NCBI GenBank assembly: GCA_039024555.1
Contig: JBCCQQ010000011.1
Coordinates: 32,001 to 96,000 of the forward strand
DNA: 64,000 bases
Source: Cyanobacteria bacterium P01_D01_bin.156
GTDB taxonomy: Bacteria; Cyanobacteriota; Cyanobacteriia; Phormidesmidales; Phormidesmidaceae
Direction of reading: 5' to 3'
Of the stretch, positions 21,262-31,353 are shown one piece after another. The notes under the pieces are model-generated. The model did not search any database. It saw nothing but the letters and a program-made list of their open reading frames with translations, and had not been told where the DNA came from. The stretch's first letter is position 1; each line of letters begins with the position of its first letter. A program made the translations under genes and the position numbers.

Positions 21262-21555
21262 ATGAGCACACCACTAACCATCGTGGCGAAAATCGAAGCA
21301 AAAACCGGCAAGGTTGAATTTGTTAAAGCTGAACTCCTCAAGCTGATTCCCATTACGCTTAAAGAAGCTGGCTGTATTCAATATGATTTGCACCAGGACA
21401 ATGATAATCCAGCGATCTTTTTGTTTTATGAAATCTGGGAAAGTCGTGAGCTTTGGCAACAGCATATGAACAACACTCACCTGGTCGAGTATATGAAGGC
21501 AACAGAAAATGCGGTTGCAGCCTTTACCTTAAACGAGATGACAAAGACCCCATAG
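21262..21555 (+). CDS. Antibiotic biosynthesis monooxygenase (putative quinol monooxygenase)
   Basis: EAGCIQYDLHQD, FLFYEIWES, HMNNTH; 97 aa. Confidence 0.88.
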   Translation: MSTPLTIVAKIEAKTGKVEFVKAELLKLIPITLKEAGCIQYDLHQDNDNPAIFLFYEIWESRELWQQHMNNTHLVEYMKATENAVAAFTLNEMTKTP

Positions 21556-21604
21556 CTCTAGATAAACTCTGTGAATTGTAATTGTCTGCACCTGGAGATT
21601 AACT

Positions 21605-22615
21605 ATGAAGGCCATTGCCTACAAAACCGCTGGTCCCATTGACCGTGACGATGCCCTACTGGACATTACCCTGGATATGCCCACAGCCCAAGGCAAAGAT
21701 TTACTCGTTAGGGTAAATGCGGTGTCAGTTAATCCAGTGGACACCAAAGTGCGTAGGCAGATGAAGCCCGAGGGTGAATGGCGGGTTCTAGGATTTGATG
21801 CTAGCGGCATTGTTGAAGCCGTGGGACCTGATGTGGAGAATTTCCAACCCGGTGATGCAGTCTTCTATGCGGGATCTTTGGTACGTCCTGGCACCAACAG
21901 TGAATACCATCTGGTGGATGAACGCATTGTTGGCCGCAAACCCAGCAGCCTAAGTGATGCAGCCGCAGCCGCCCTACCGCTAACGTCAATCACTGCGTGG
22001 GAAATGTTATTTGACCGTCTAGAGGTCAATCGCCCCACCCCTCAAGGCGGCGACGTTATTCTGATCATCGGTGGTGCTGGCGGTGTGGGTTCTATTACCA
22101 TTCAGCTGCTAAAGGCATTGACAGACCTGACCATTGTTGCCACCGCTTCACGGCCTGAAACCCAAGATTGGGTAAAGGAATGCGGCGCTCACCACGTGAT
22201 TAACCATCGCCAGCCCATGGCTCCCCAAATTAAAGAGCTGGGTCTGGACGCACCTGGCTTTGTGTTTTCCACTACCCATACCGACAAACATTTAGCCGAT
22301 ATCGTTAAGCTGATTGCTCCCCAGGGACGTTTTGGTCTAATTGATGACCCAGAAACCCTGGATGCCAAAGTTCTAAAAACCAAAGCCATATCGCTGCACT
22401 GGGAACTGATGTTTACGCGATCGCTATTTGATACGCCCGATATTGCAGAACAGGGCAAGCTGCTCAACGAAGTAGCTGATTTAGTAGATGCCGGACGTAT
22501 CCGTTCCACGGTTACTGAGGTAGCCGGTAAAATTGACGCAGCCACTTTGCGCAGTGCCCATGCCCAAATTGAAAGCGGTACGGCACGGGGCAAAATTGTG
22601 CTGGCAGGGTTTTAA
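21605..22615 (+). CDS. Zinc-binding alcohol dehydrogenase family / quinone oxidoreductase-like protein
   Basis: SVNPVDTKVR, LPLTSITAWE, GGAGGVGS, HWELMFTRS. Confidence 0.9.
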   Translation: MKAIAYKTAGPIDRDDALLDITLDMPTAQGKDLLVRVNAVSVNPVDTKVRRQMKPEGEWRVLGFDASGIVEAVGPDVENFQPGDAVFYAGSLVRPGTNSEYHLVDERIVGRKPSSLSDAAAAALPLTSITAWEMLFDRLEVNRPTPQGGDVILIIGGAGGVGSITIQLLKALTDLTIVATASRPETQDWVKECGAHHVINHRQPMAPQIKELGLDAPGFVFSTTHTDKHLADIVKLIAPQGRFGLIDDPETLDAKVLKTKAISLHWELMFTRSLFDTPDIAEQGKLLNEVADLVDAGRIRSTVTEVAGKIDAATLRSAHAQIESGTARGKIVLAGF

Positions 22616-22720
22616 GGTGTGGCGGAAAAATGTTTCACAGTTGCTCAAGCTCAAACGCTGTGGAGCGCTAGCGACCATAGCATCTGGTGACAGACCGACG
22701 CGGTTCATTCACCGGCTGCA

Positions 22721-25192
22721 CTAGGCAAAATTTACCGGCTCAGCATTTTGCACTAGATAATTTTCGGCTTTTGCAGCTGGTAGGGGTTTAGAAAATAGAT
22801 ATCCTTGGCTCGCATCACAGCCGAGCATTTGTAACTCGGTTAATTGGTCGAGAGTTTCCACCCCCTCTGCAATGGTTTTAAACCCTAATGCTTTGGCTAG
22901 ATTCACAATCGCACTCGTAATTCTAAAATTGCGATCGCTACTATTTAGCTTATTTACAAAAGAACGATCAATTTTGATGGTACTTATGGGAAATTGCTGC
23001 AAATATCGTAACGATGAAAACCCAGTCCCAAAGTCATCAAGACTAAGCTCAATCCCTCGACTGCGAATCAAGTCCATAATCTCGGTAGCCGCTTGAATAT
23101 TATGGATAAGACTACTTTCAGTGATCTCTAATTTAAGACATTGTGGATCTAATTGAGTCTCCATCAGAATAGTATCAAGGGTATCAATCAGAGAAGGATC
23201 TCGAAACTGCTGTCCAGACAAATTCACACTGAGGTATAAATCTGTTGAGGCTTTACCTTCGACCTGCCAAGTTTTGAACTGTTGGCAAGCATTACGTAAA
23301 ACCCAAGTACCAATAAAATGAATCTGTCCTGTTTCTTCAGCAATGGGAATAAATTCAGAGGCTGGTATCATGCCCTTTTCTGGCTGATACCAGCCCAGTA
23401 AGACCTCAAAACCTTCAAGCTGATGGGAGTTGTCTAAGTTAACAAGGGGTTGGTAGTACAGGCAAAACTCTTGCTTATCAATCGCTTTACGTAAAGCCGT
23501 TTCGGTTTCTACTAAATGTAGCGTTTGCAAATACATGGTCTGATCAAACACAACATAGCTGGCTTTTCCCTGACTTTTGGCCTGATACATAGCAATGTCA
23601 GCATCACGGATAATTTCATCCACTGATTGATACGATAAATTGGAAAAAACAACACCGATACTGGCACTGGTAAAAATCTCCCGAGCCTCTAAGTGAAACG
23701 GTTTTTGTAACTCATTTTGCAAGCGATACACCGTCTTTAGAGCATCTAAATGATGCTCTAGATTCTCTAATAGAATCAGAAACTCATCCCCCCCCAAGCG
23801 GGCTACGCTATCGACGCCTCTAACCATCGCCTTCAGCCTTTGGGAGACCTGAACCAGAAGCTGATCGCCCACCAAGTGCCCAAGACTGTCATTGATATGT
23901 TTAAAGTTATCGAGATCTACAAACAGAACAGCAAAATGTTTATGGGAATGCCGTTTCAGATGCTTGATTGCCAGTCCCAATCGATTTAGACAACAGACTC
24001 GGTTATCCAGACCTGTCAGGCTATCGTGTAGTGTTTCGTAGGTTAAACGAGCTTCAGAAGCCTTTTGCTGAGAAATATCACGCCCACTGCCATACAGTAA
24101 ATTCTCTTGGGGAAATGGCACTAAATTCCATGCTATCCAATGATAATATCCGTCTGTTGAACGCACTTTGCATTCCAGAGCGTTAATTTCTTGTCCTTGG
24201 GCTAGGGTGTCTTGCAACCTGCGTTTACTATTCTGATCATCTGAAAGCATTAATTGCCAGAAGGACTGGCCTAACAGATCATCAGCCGCATACCCCAATG
24301 TGGTAGCCCAAGAAGGATTGATGCGCCTAAATATACCGTCCGCATCTGCAATAAATAACAAATCAATAGCGATGTTAAAAAAACGATCACGCTCTAGTTC
24401 GGCTTGCTTACGTTCGGTGATATCATGAATCATCCCAAATCGTAAGGTTTGTTGTTGCGCTTTTACCCACGACTCAGATAACAATACCGTTCGATCGAGT
24501 CCTATGGAAGACTTTAGGGAAAGTTCAGTTTGGAATATTGTGGACTTTTGCGTTTGACGCTTTCGGTTTCCCTGAGATAATATTTTTTGTAGTATTGGAT
24601 ACTGGGATAATTCTGCCCCATGTCCCAGTGTAGTTTTAGGAGAAAAAGTACAGAGCTGTCTGAGAGATTGATTTAAAAATAGCAACTCTCCTTCTTCGGT
24701 GGTCATGTACACACCATCATGAATACTCTGTAGCACATGGGTCAATAAACATATTTCAGCCGCTGCTTGAGTTCGTTCTATCGCATGTAGAATCGAACGT
24801 TCCAGCAGTGGCCCCGTCAACAGATCCCCTTTAACTAAATAATCTGAAGCCCCCATAGCCATACATTGACGATCAATGTCATAGTTACCCAACCCTGTCA
24901 ACAGGATTATCGGCTTACGTAGACCAGACTCTACAGCAGTTTGCAACAGCTTTAACCCCGTTTCTGCCCCCAAGCGATAGTCTAATAAGTAAACATCATG
25001 AAAATCCTTATGCAGTGCTTCAAGTCCGGCCTGAAACGTGCTTACCCAGGTTAACTCAAAGGATGCTTGCTCCGATTCTTGTAACAAGTCTCGGGTAACA
25101 ATGTAATCATCTTCATCATCGTCGATTAGTAAGACTCGGTAAGCTAAATCACTCATTGTTACGACTTCCCTAATATCTATGACGATAAGCAC
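22721..25192 (-). CDS. REC-PAS-PAS-GGDEF-EAL response regulator
   Basis: LLIDDDEDD...LLDYRL receiver; PAS domains; RLGGDEF; EAL domain with EVL, DDFGTGFSS, AEGVE. True start is probably the Met at 25156. Confidence 0.9.
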   Translation of the reverse strand: MLIVIDIREVVTMSDLAYRVLLIDDDEDDYIVTRDLLQESEQASFELTWVSTFQAGLEALHKDFHDVYLLDYRLGAETGLKLLQTAVESGLRKPIILLTGLGNYDIDRQCMAMGASDYLVKGDLLTGPLLERSILHAIERTQAAAEICLLTHVLQSIHDGVYMTTEEGELLFLNQSLRQLCTFSPKTTLGHGAELSQYPILQKILSQGNRKRQTQKSTIFQTELSLKSSIGLDRTVLLSESWVKAQQQTLRFGMIHDITERKQAELERDRFFNIAIDLLFIADADGIFRRINPSWATTLGYAADDLLGQSFWQLMLSDDQNSKRRLQDTLAQGQEINALECKVRSTDGYYHWIAWNLVPFPQENLLYGSGRDISQQKASEARLTYETLHDSLTGLDNRVCCLNRLGLAIKHLKRHSHKHFAVLFVDLDNFKHINDSLGHLVGDQLLVQVSQRLKAMVRGVDSVARLGGDEFLILLENLEHHLDALKTVYRLQNELQKPFHLEAREIFTSASIGVVFSNLSYQSVDEIIRDADIAMYQAKSQGKASYVVFDQTMYLQTLHLVETETALRKAIDKQEFCLYYQPLVNLDNSHQLEGFEVLLGWYQPEKGMIPASEFIPIAEETGQIHFIGTWVLRNACQQFKTWQVEGKASTDLYLSVNLSGQQFRDPSLIDTLDTILMETQLDPQCLKLEITESSLIHNIQAATEIMDLIRSRGIELSLDDFGTGFSSLRYLQQFPISTIKIDRSFVNKLNSSDRNFRITSAIVNLAKALGFKTIAEGVETLDQLTELQMLGCDASQGYLFSKPLPAAKAENYLVQNAEPVNFA

Positions 25193-25344
25193 TGCGTCTT
25201 TAAGATGGGCATCTCTACCAGGAAAACTTTTAATACTTTAGACCTTTAAAGAGCTCTGGAAAGTCGTAAAGTTTTAACGTATGGGAGATTAAATTAGCCT
25301 TGACATATTATTCAAAGAGTTGCTCTAAGTAGTCCTTAAAACCT

Positions 25345-25809
25345 CTAAGCTGAGCTGACCTCATCTGGTAAATGTACAAGTTGAAACCAGTATGTGCCAA
25401 GAATTTTTACAATATCAACCATGGATTGAAAGTTTACAGGTTTAGTAATAAATGAACTAGCACCTAAATCATAGGTTTTCAGAATATCTTCTTCGGCTTT
25501 GGAGGTGGTTAATACTACAACTGGGATGCTACGTAACTCAGGATTATTTTTAATCTCTTCTAGAGCTTCACGACCATCTTTTCGAGGCATATTAAGATCC
25601 AATAAAATTATCGAAGGGCGAGGGGCAATGCCAGGTTCACTATAATTTCCCCGTCGATATAGATAATCCATAAGGTCTTCTCCATCTTCAACGAAGTACA
25701 GTTCGTTGACAAGTCGATTTTCGGCTAAAGCCTCCCGAGTAAGAAGGCGATCGTCTTCATCATCATCAGCCATTAGAATAATGACAGGTTTACTCCGTTG
25801 TTGAGACAT
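25345..25809 (-). CDS. Single-domain response regulator (Rcp1-like)
   Basis: ILMADDDEDD, LLDLNMPRKDGRE, VVVLTTS, FITKP; start overlaps the end of the upstream kinase. Confidence 0.9.
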   Translation of the reverse strand: MSQQRSKPVIILMADDDEDDRLLTREALAENRLVNELYFVEDGEDLMDYLYRRGNYSEPGIAPRPSIILLDLNMPRKDGREALEEIKNNPELRSIPVVVLTTSKAEEDILKTYDLGASSFITKPVNFQSMVDIVKILGTYWFQLVHLPDEVSSA

Positions 25810-28800
25810 TCTCTTCTCCTTGAAAATGATGAACTGGGAGGGTAGCAATAAAAATTGATCCCTCTCCAGGCTGGCTTTCTGCTCGGAGCGTGCCCCCGTG
25901 GCGACGAATCACCTTACGACAAATTGCTAAACCAATACCGCTGCCTTCATAGACTTTCCGCCCATGGAGGCGCTGAAATGGTTGAAAAATGCGATCGCAA
26001 TACTTAACATCAAAACCTATACCATTATCGATTACCCTCAATTCACAAACCTCCTTTTCTCCTACAAGTGAATGTAATACCCTCACCTGAATCTCGGGTA
26101 TTACATCAGGTTTATGAAACTTGAGGGCATTACTCAGAAGATTTTGAAAAACCTGTTGCATTTGCGTACGGTCAGCATCGATCGTCGGTAGCGGATCTAC
26201 ATCTACGGTAGCTCTAGTTTGCTCAATACGAACCTCTAAATCTGATAAAACCCCCGCCATAACTTGTGCTAAGTCCGTAGGAGTAAAGGGTTTAGCTTGC
26301 GTTGTCACTCGCGAAAAACTCAGCAAATCATTAATAAGTGTCTGAGCACGTACTGCCGCATTTAGCATTCGGGCTAAATAGTCTTGCCCCCTTTCAGACA
26401 GTCCATCTTGGCAGGTATGGCTTAACCGATCGCCAAAGGCTTGCACTTTTCGTAAGGGTTCCTGAAGATCGTGGGACGCCACATAGGCAAAGTCCTGAAG
26501 TTCCTGATTACTTTCCTCTAATCGTTCGGTAGTATGCTGCAGAGTCTTAATTACTTGCTGACGCGCTATGATTTCAGTCTTAAGTTTTTGCTCTGCTACC
26601 TTACGCGCAGAAATGTCCCGCATGATTGTTGAGTCACCAATGATCTGACCAGACCGATCCCTAAGGGGAGAAATGGTGAGCGAGACGTCTAACAGTTTAC
26701 CGTTTTTATGGCGTCGCGCTGTTTCAAACTGTTCAATGCCCTTACCTTGTTTGAGCTGTTCAAAACTTTGACTAGCTTCAGCAACGTGATCCATCGGAGA
26801 AAGCATGGTCACCGGTTGCCCAATGGCCTCTAATGCCGAATACCCCAATAGTTTTTCGGCCCCCGCATTCCAGCTGGTCACAACCCCACTGAGATCTTTT
26901 GTGATAATGGCATCTTCGGTAGACTGAACCACTGCTGCCAGCAACCGGGACGTTTGTAACGCTCGATAATGCTGCACCGTGCGCCAAACCAAGTTGGCAA
27001 TTAACTGCACCGTTTCAACATCCATATCGGTGTAGTTATTGTTCTTGATGCCCACTCCTGTGAGCATCACAACTTTGCCATTTTCAATAACAGGAACACT
27101 CAAGAGACGATTAAGCTGCTCATGTTCTTTAAGTTCCCGTTCTTTAAGAAGCCCTTGGTCATGTGAAGAGGGATCACAGGGGCAATTGTAGATCACAGGC
27201 TGACGCTGATGTAGAACATCGGCCAAAATCCTCGCCTGATCAATAGAAGGTTGAGGCTTACAGACAGTATTCCCCAAGGCAGTTAATGGTCTTTGTTCCC
27301 CATTCACCAGTTCAAACGTTTCTTGATCCCCATGCACCAGATACAGAAATGTCATCTGGCTACCCGTTAGGGTCTTAGCAATGTCCTGAGCCTGCTGCAT
27401 AAATTCCTGTTCATCCAACTGCTCAGCTAACTGTGGTAGCTCTAATAAAGCCTCTGCCCGACGTGCCTGGTGGGTCAGAGCTAACTCAGCGGCATAAATT
27501 TTTGAGATATCTCGCACGCTAACTACGGCCCCGGTAATGGTTCCATCTTCTTCGCAATAGGGAACATAGGTAACATCCAGATACTCCTGTAGCTCATCGG
27601 TCAGGGAAAATAGGCTCTGATAGTTAACTTTGTCCCCGGCAAAGGTACGGTCCAAATTAGGTTTTACAGTTTGCAAAAATGCATCCTCGCCTAGAAGCTC
27701 CGCCACTGAATGACCAATAATCTCGGCTTTAGATTTACCAAACTTTCGAGCATAGGCATCATTGACCATGGAATAGATATAGTTGCAATCTATAAACGAC
27801 ATATGGTCAGGCGTGGTACAAATTGCTCTCTCATAGAGGCGCAACATCTCTTCCGTTTGCTTTCGAGCATTAATATCTTCAACAATGCCAATCAAGTAAC
27901 CTGGTTTACCACTGTGTCCGCTTACTAATGAACAGGTCAAATTAGTCCAGGTTACAGTCCCATCTTTGCGAAGATAGCGTTTTTCCATGCGGAACGTGTC
28001 AACCTGACCGGTAAGTAGCTGTTGCACATTATCCAAATCAGTCTCCAAATCCTCTGGATGCGAAATATCTTGGAACGAAAGATTTAAAAGTTCTGCTTTG
28101 GCATAACCAACAATCTCGCAAAAGCGCTGATTGACGCGCAAAAGCTTGCCAGTAAGAGAAACATGACCAATTCCTACAGCCGCTTGCTCAAAGGTATTTC
28201 GGAACAGGGCCTCTTGTTGTGCGACTTCATTTTTAGCCGCTTTCAGTCGGATTTCTGTTTGTTTACGCTCAGTAATATTAGTGAGGCATCCTATATAGCC
28301 AACCGCTTCATGGGCATGGTTGAATTCTGGGACAGCTTCCTCATATACCCAGGTTACTGGCCCCGATGGACGGCCAAACCGATATTCCAACTTAAAGGGA
28401 AGATTCTGGCTAGTAGCTTTATGCCATTCTGCCAAAATGTTGTTTCGATCCTCTGGATAAAGCCCCTGGGTCCACCCCGTCCCTAACATTTGCTCACGAG
28501 ATAACTGAGCAATACTACACAGATGTTCATTAACGTAGATACAGTTGCCATGAGTATCTGCACGAAAAATTCCTACCGGGGCAGTAGCCGCAAGGCTAGT
28601 AAAGCGTTTTTCAGTCTCTATCAACAGGTTTTCGGCGTTTTTACGAGCGGTGATGTCGTAGTTAGTTCCAATCATCCGCATGGGGGTTCCTTGGTCATCC
28701 CATTGAACTAGACCATCTGCTTTTCGATAGTGGATTGTGCCATTGGCATGAATAACTCGATATTCAATGTCATAAATAGCTTCATCACGTAAAGCACTCT

Positions 28801-29440
28801 GTATAGCAGCTTCTACGGCTGTGCGATCCTCTGGATGAATACGCCTAACCCAAGCGTCGTAATCTTCCCCAAATGTCTCTGGAGAAGTGCCGTATAGTCT
28901 GTGCAGCCGATGATCCCATACCACCCTATTGCAAGGGATATCCCAATCCCAAATACCAATACCTGCGGCTTCTAAAGCTAAGTCCAATCGGGTAGATAAT
29001 TCTCGCAACTCAGCCTCAGTGTGTCGATGTGCAACGATTTCCTGCTCCAATTGTTGCCTTAAAGCCTCTAGTTCAGCGGGAGTGCGCAACTCTAACGCTT
29101 TGGGAATCAACGGAATGATGGCAATCGCTGCATATGCAGAGATCCCGGCTGTTATCGCTTTAAGAATACCGGCAACCCAGTAGCCCGAATGCCATAGATT
29201 CGAAACTCCAACCAAATGCGTAGTTCCACAAAAAATGATAACTACCGCAAAAAGTAGAAAATATTTCGAAAAGATCACATTGCGGCGCTTTCTGAGGAAA
29301 TATAAAAGAATAATGAGAATAAAATAGTAAACCAGCCCAATCAGGGTATCGGATACTAAATGTAATCCAACCAAGCTAGATGTCCATAAATTACAATAGC
29401 CACGGGGTATGTACTGGCTAAGCAAAAGGATACTGAACAT
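25790..29440 (-). CDS. Multi-sensor histidine kinase: ethylene-receptor-like TM, multiple PAS, GAF, PAS, HisKA, HATPase
   Basis: SDTLIGLVYY...IFCGTTH input; several PAS/PAC repeats; FAYVASHDLQEPLRK H-box; NALKF, DNGIGF, GSGIGLA. Confidence 0.9.
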   Translation of the reverse strand: MFSILLLSQYIPRGYCNLWTSSLVGLHLVSDTLIGLVYYFILIILLYFLRKRRNVIFSKYFLLFAVVIIFCGTTHLVGVSNLWHSGYWVAGILKAITAGISAYAAIAIIPLIPKALELRTPAELEALRQQLEQEIVAHRHTEAELRELSTRLDLALEAAGIGIWDWDIPCNRVVWDHRLHRLYGTSPETFGEDYDAWVRRIHPEDRTAVEAAIQSALRDEAIYDIEYRVIHANGTIHYRKADGLVQWDDQGTPMRMIGTNYDITARKNAENLLIETEKRFTSLAATAPVGIFRADTHGNCIYVNEHLCSIAQLSREQMLGTGWTQGLYPEDRNNILAEWHKATSQNLPFKLEYRFGRPSGPVTWVYEEAVPEFNHAHEAVGYIGCLTNITERKQTEIRLKAAKNEVAQQEALFRNTFEQAAVGIGHVSLTGKLLRVNQRFCEIVGYAKAELLNLSFQDISHPEDLETDLDNVQQLLTGQVDTFRMEKRYLRKDGTVTWTNLTCSLVSGHSGKPGYLIGIVEDINARKQTEEMLRLYERAICTTPDHMSFIDCNYIYSMVNDAYARKFGKSKAEIIGHSVAELLGEDAFLQTVKPNLDRTFAGDKVNYQSLFSLTDELQEYLDVTYVPYCEEDGTITGAVVSVRDISKIYAAELALTHQARRAEALLELPQLAEQLDEQEFMQQAQDIAKTLTGSQMTFLYLVHGDQETFELVNGEQRPLTALGNTVCKPQPSIDQARILADVLHQRQPVIYNCPCDPSSHDQGLLKERELKEHEQLNRLLSVPVIENGKVVMLTGVGIKNNNYTDMDVETVQLIANLVWRTVQHYRALQTSRLLAAVVQSTEDAIITKDLSGVVTSWNAGAEKLLGYSALEAIGQPVTMLSPMDHVAEASQSFEQLKQGKGIEQFETARRHKNGKLLDVSLTISPLRDRSGQIIGDSTIMRDISARKVAEQKLKTEIIARQQVIKTLQHTTERLEESNQELQDFAYVASHDLQEPLRKVQAFGDRLSHTCQDGLSERGQDYLARMLNAAVRAQTLINDLLSFSRVTTQAKPFTPTDLAQVMAGVLSDLEVRIEQTRATVDVDPLPTIDADRTQMQQVFQNLLSNALKFHKPDVIPEIQVRVLHSLVGEKEVCELRVIDNGIGFDVKYCDRIFQPFQRLHGRKVYEGSGIGLAICRKVIRRHGGTLRAESQPGEGSIFIATLPVHHFQGEENVSTTE

Positions 29441-29940
29441 TTTGGAGAATAACCTTTGGATTTCTCAAATCAGCTCAATGCACTCCTAATTATTAATTAT
29501 TTTTGATTAGTATTCTCGTCTGAAAAACGGTTTAAATCTGTCAATATCAATCTCATAAAATCGACTTATTTTTATTCAAAAGCTATATTCAATAGTCACT
29601 TCACGCTCTAAGAAACCATTTTTCCCCTTGCAAACATTCAAATAAGTTTACAAGAGGAAATGTACGCCAACAGGGAGTTAAGAAACCTCTGTTGACAGCC
29701 AACAGAGAATAGTTGATGGATACCAATAGATAGCCAAAACATCTAAAAATGAAGTGTTCTAGGGAATCAGAAAAAGACTTTTCACTGAGTCATCCAAATC
29801 CTTAAATTATTAAAAAAATGTGAAACAGATTTACAGACCATCCATTTGTAAAAGGATTCGATAAACGTTCTATCTATAATGATATTGTTAGGGTCTGAAC
29901 ATAATTCTATAAGTGAGTTGTTAATTTTCCTTAGCTTGTG

Positions 29941-30004
29941 AACGAAATGTTGTTAATTAACTTATAAGGGTGCACTGCCAGAAGTTAATTAACAACATTT
30001 CGTT
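29941..30004. repeat. Perfect 23-bp inverted repeat with 18-nt spacer
   Basis: AACGAAATGTTGTTAATTAACTT (29941-29963) and AAGTTAATTAACAACATTTCGTT (29982-30004). Confidence 0.95.
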
Positions 30005-30234
30005 TTATCGATATCTTTAAGCCATTAAAGAAGCTTTTGAAGATATAAGAAAGTTAGCTAAGTCACCTCGTATTTTTATCTGTACACGTTTATAACAAAG
30101 TACATAGGCTTGCTACAAAGGCTCAGATCTTACTGGCAAAGTTTCACATGCGGCGGAAATTTGTGTGGCTAAAGTTACCATTGGCGAGGTAAACCTACGC
30201 TAAAGTCACACTTAATCGTTAAGCTAGCTCTGCT

Positions 30235-31341
30235 GTGCCTAATCTTACATCCCAGGATTTGGATGTTTCTCGCTTATTGTTTGATCTTAAGCGCTGTGGA
30301 GAGCTGGTGAGCAGATTTACAGGCTGGTTAGATCCGGATGCGATCGCAACCTGTGTCACCAACGGATTAGTAGAGCAATTTGGCTGTGCCTTTAGCCGCA
30401 TCTGGCTAGTGGAGCCTGACCGCACCACGCTGCGACTGGTATCTTCGTCGGGGTTATACACCCGCCTGGATGGGGACTTTGCTCGGGTCCCCATGGGCGC
30501 CTTTAAGGTGGGCAAAATCGCCCAGCACTGCATCCCTTTTTTAAGCAACTGCCTACCGGACGAAGACTGGGTCAAAGACCGGGAATGGGCCATCGCCAAT
30601 AATATCCAAGGATTTGCCGGACTGCCCTTGATGGTAGACAAGCAGGCCCTGGGGGTACTGGCAATCTTTAGCCATCAACCCATGGCACCGGAATTTTTAG
30701 AGGTGTTGCAAATCCTCTGTTTGTCTGTGTCTGGGGCGCTGGCCAGTGCCGTTAACCACCAAGCCCTATTACAAACACCGGAAACCGCCCACCTATCGGA
30801 ACAGATGGCCGCCATTTTGGGAGGACAACGGCTCAGCTTATTGGGAACAGAACAACCCCTGACGCTACCCGTTACTCAACTACTGCTCCAGATGGCCGAA
30901 CGTTTAGTACAGCTATCTTGCCAATACTGCCGTCTGGTGTACGACAACGACACAGTGGTGCTAGAAGCCATGGTGGCAACAACTCTGCGGCAGCCCCTCG
31001 ATCAAAGAGAGCTATTGGAGACGTTTCAGGACATTTTACTCACAGGACAGGCCCTAGGGGGTGAATTACAGCTACAGACGGGGCCTGACGTGGCTCAGCT
31101 ACGGTTACAGCTACCGCAGAAGGTTAGCCAGCCGGTTCGGATGCCGTCTCCACTGTCTGAACGGGAGTTGGAAGTGATGCAGCTATTGGCCCAGGGACAT
31201 CGCGATCGCGACATTGCAGAACAGTTATTTATCAGTGAGCGAACAGTTAAGTTCCACGCAAAAAATATGCTGGAAAAATTGGATGTACGGACACGGATTC
31301 AAGCCATCTTTGAAGCCACCCGCAAAGGGTGGTTAAGCTAA
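30235..31341 (+). CDS. GAF + LuxR-HTH transcriptional regulator (probably Sll0782-like, Nit1C-cluster associated)
   Basis: N-terminal GAF (RIWLVEPD...GFAGLPL); C-terminal LSERELEVMQLLAQG...IAEQLFISERTVKFH LuxR HTH. Confidence 0.85.
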   Translation: MPNLTSQDLDVSRLLFDLKRCGELVSRFTGWLDPDAIATCVTNGLVEQFGCAFSRIWLVEPDRTTLRLVSSSGLYTRLDGDFARVPMGAFKVGKIAQHCIPFLSNCLPDEDWVKDREWAIANNIQGFAGLPLMVDKQALGVLAIFSHQPMAPEFLEVLQILCLSVSGALASAVNHQALLQTPETAHLSEQMAAILGGQRLSLLGTEQPLTLPVTQLLLQMAERLVQLSCQYCRLVYDNDTVVLEAMVATTLRQPLDQRELLETFQDILLTGQALGGELQLQTGPDVAQLRLQLPQKVSQPVRMPSPLSERELEVMQLLAQGHRDRDIAEQLFISERTVKFHAKNMLEKLDVRTRIQAIFEATRKGWLS

Positions 31342-31353
31342 GCACGAATTCAC

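Noticed and set aside
29665..29707. Alternative hairpins (CTCTGTTG/CAACAGAG) as a c-di-GMP riboswitch
   Set aside because: Lacks the GEMM consensus elements; an 8-bp stem alone is not enough.
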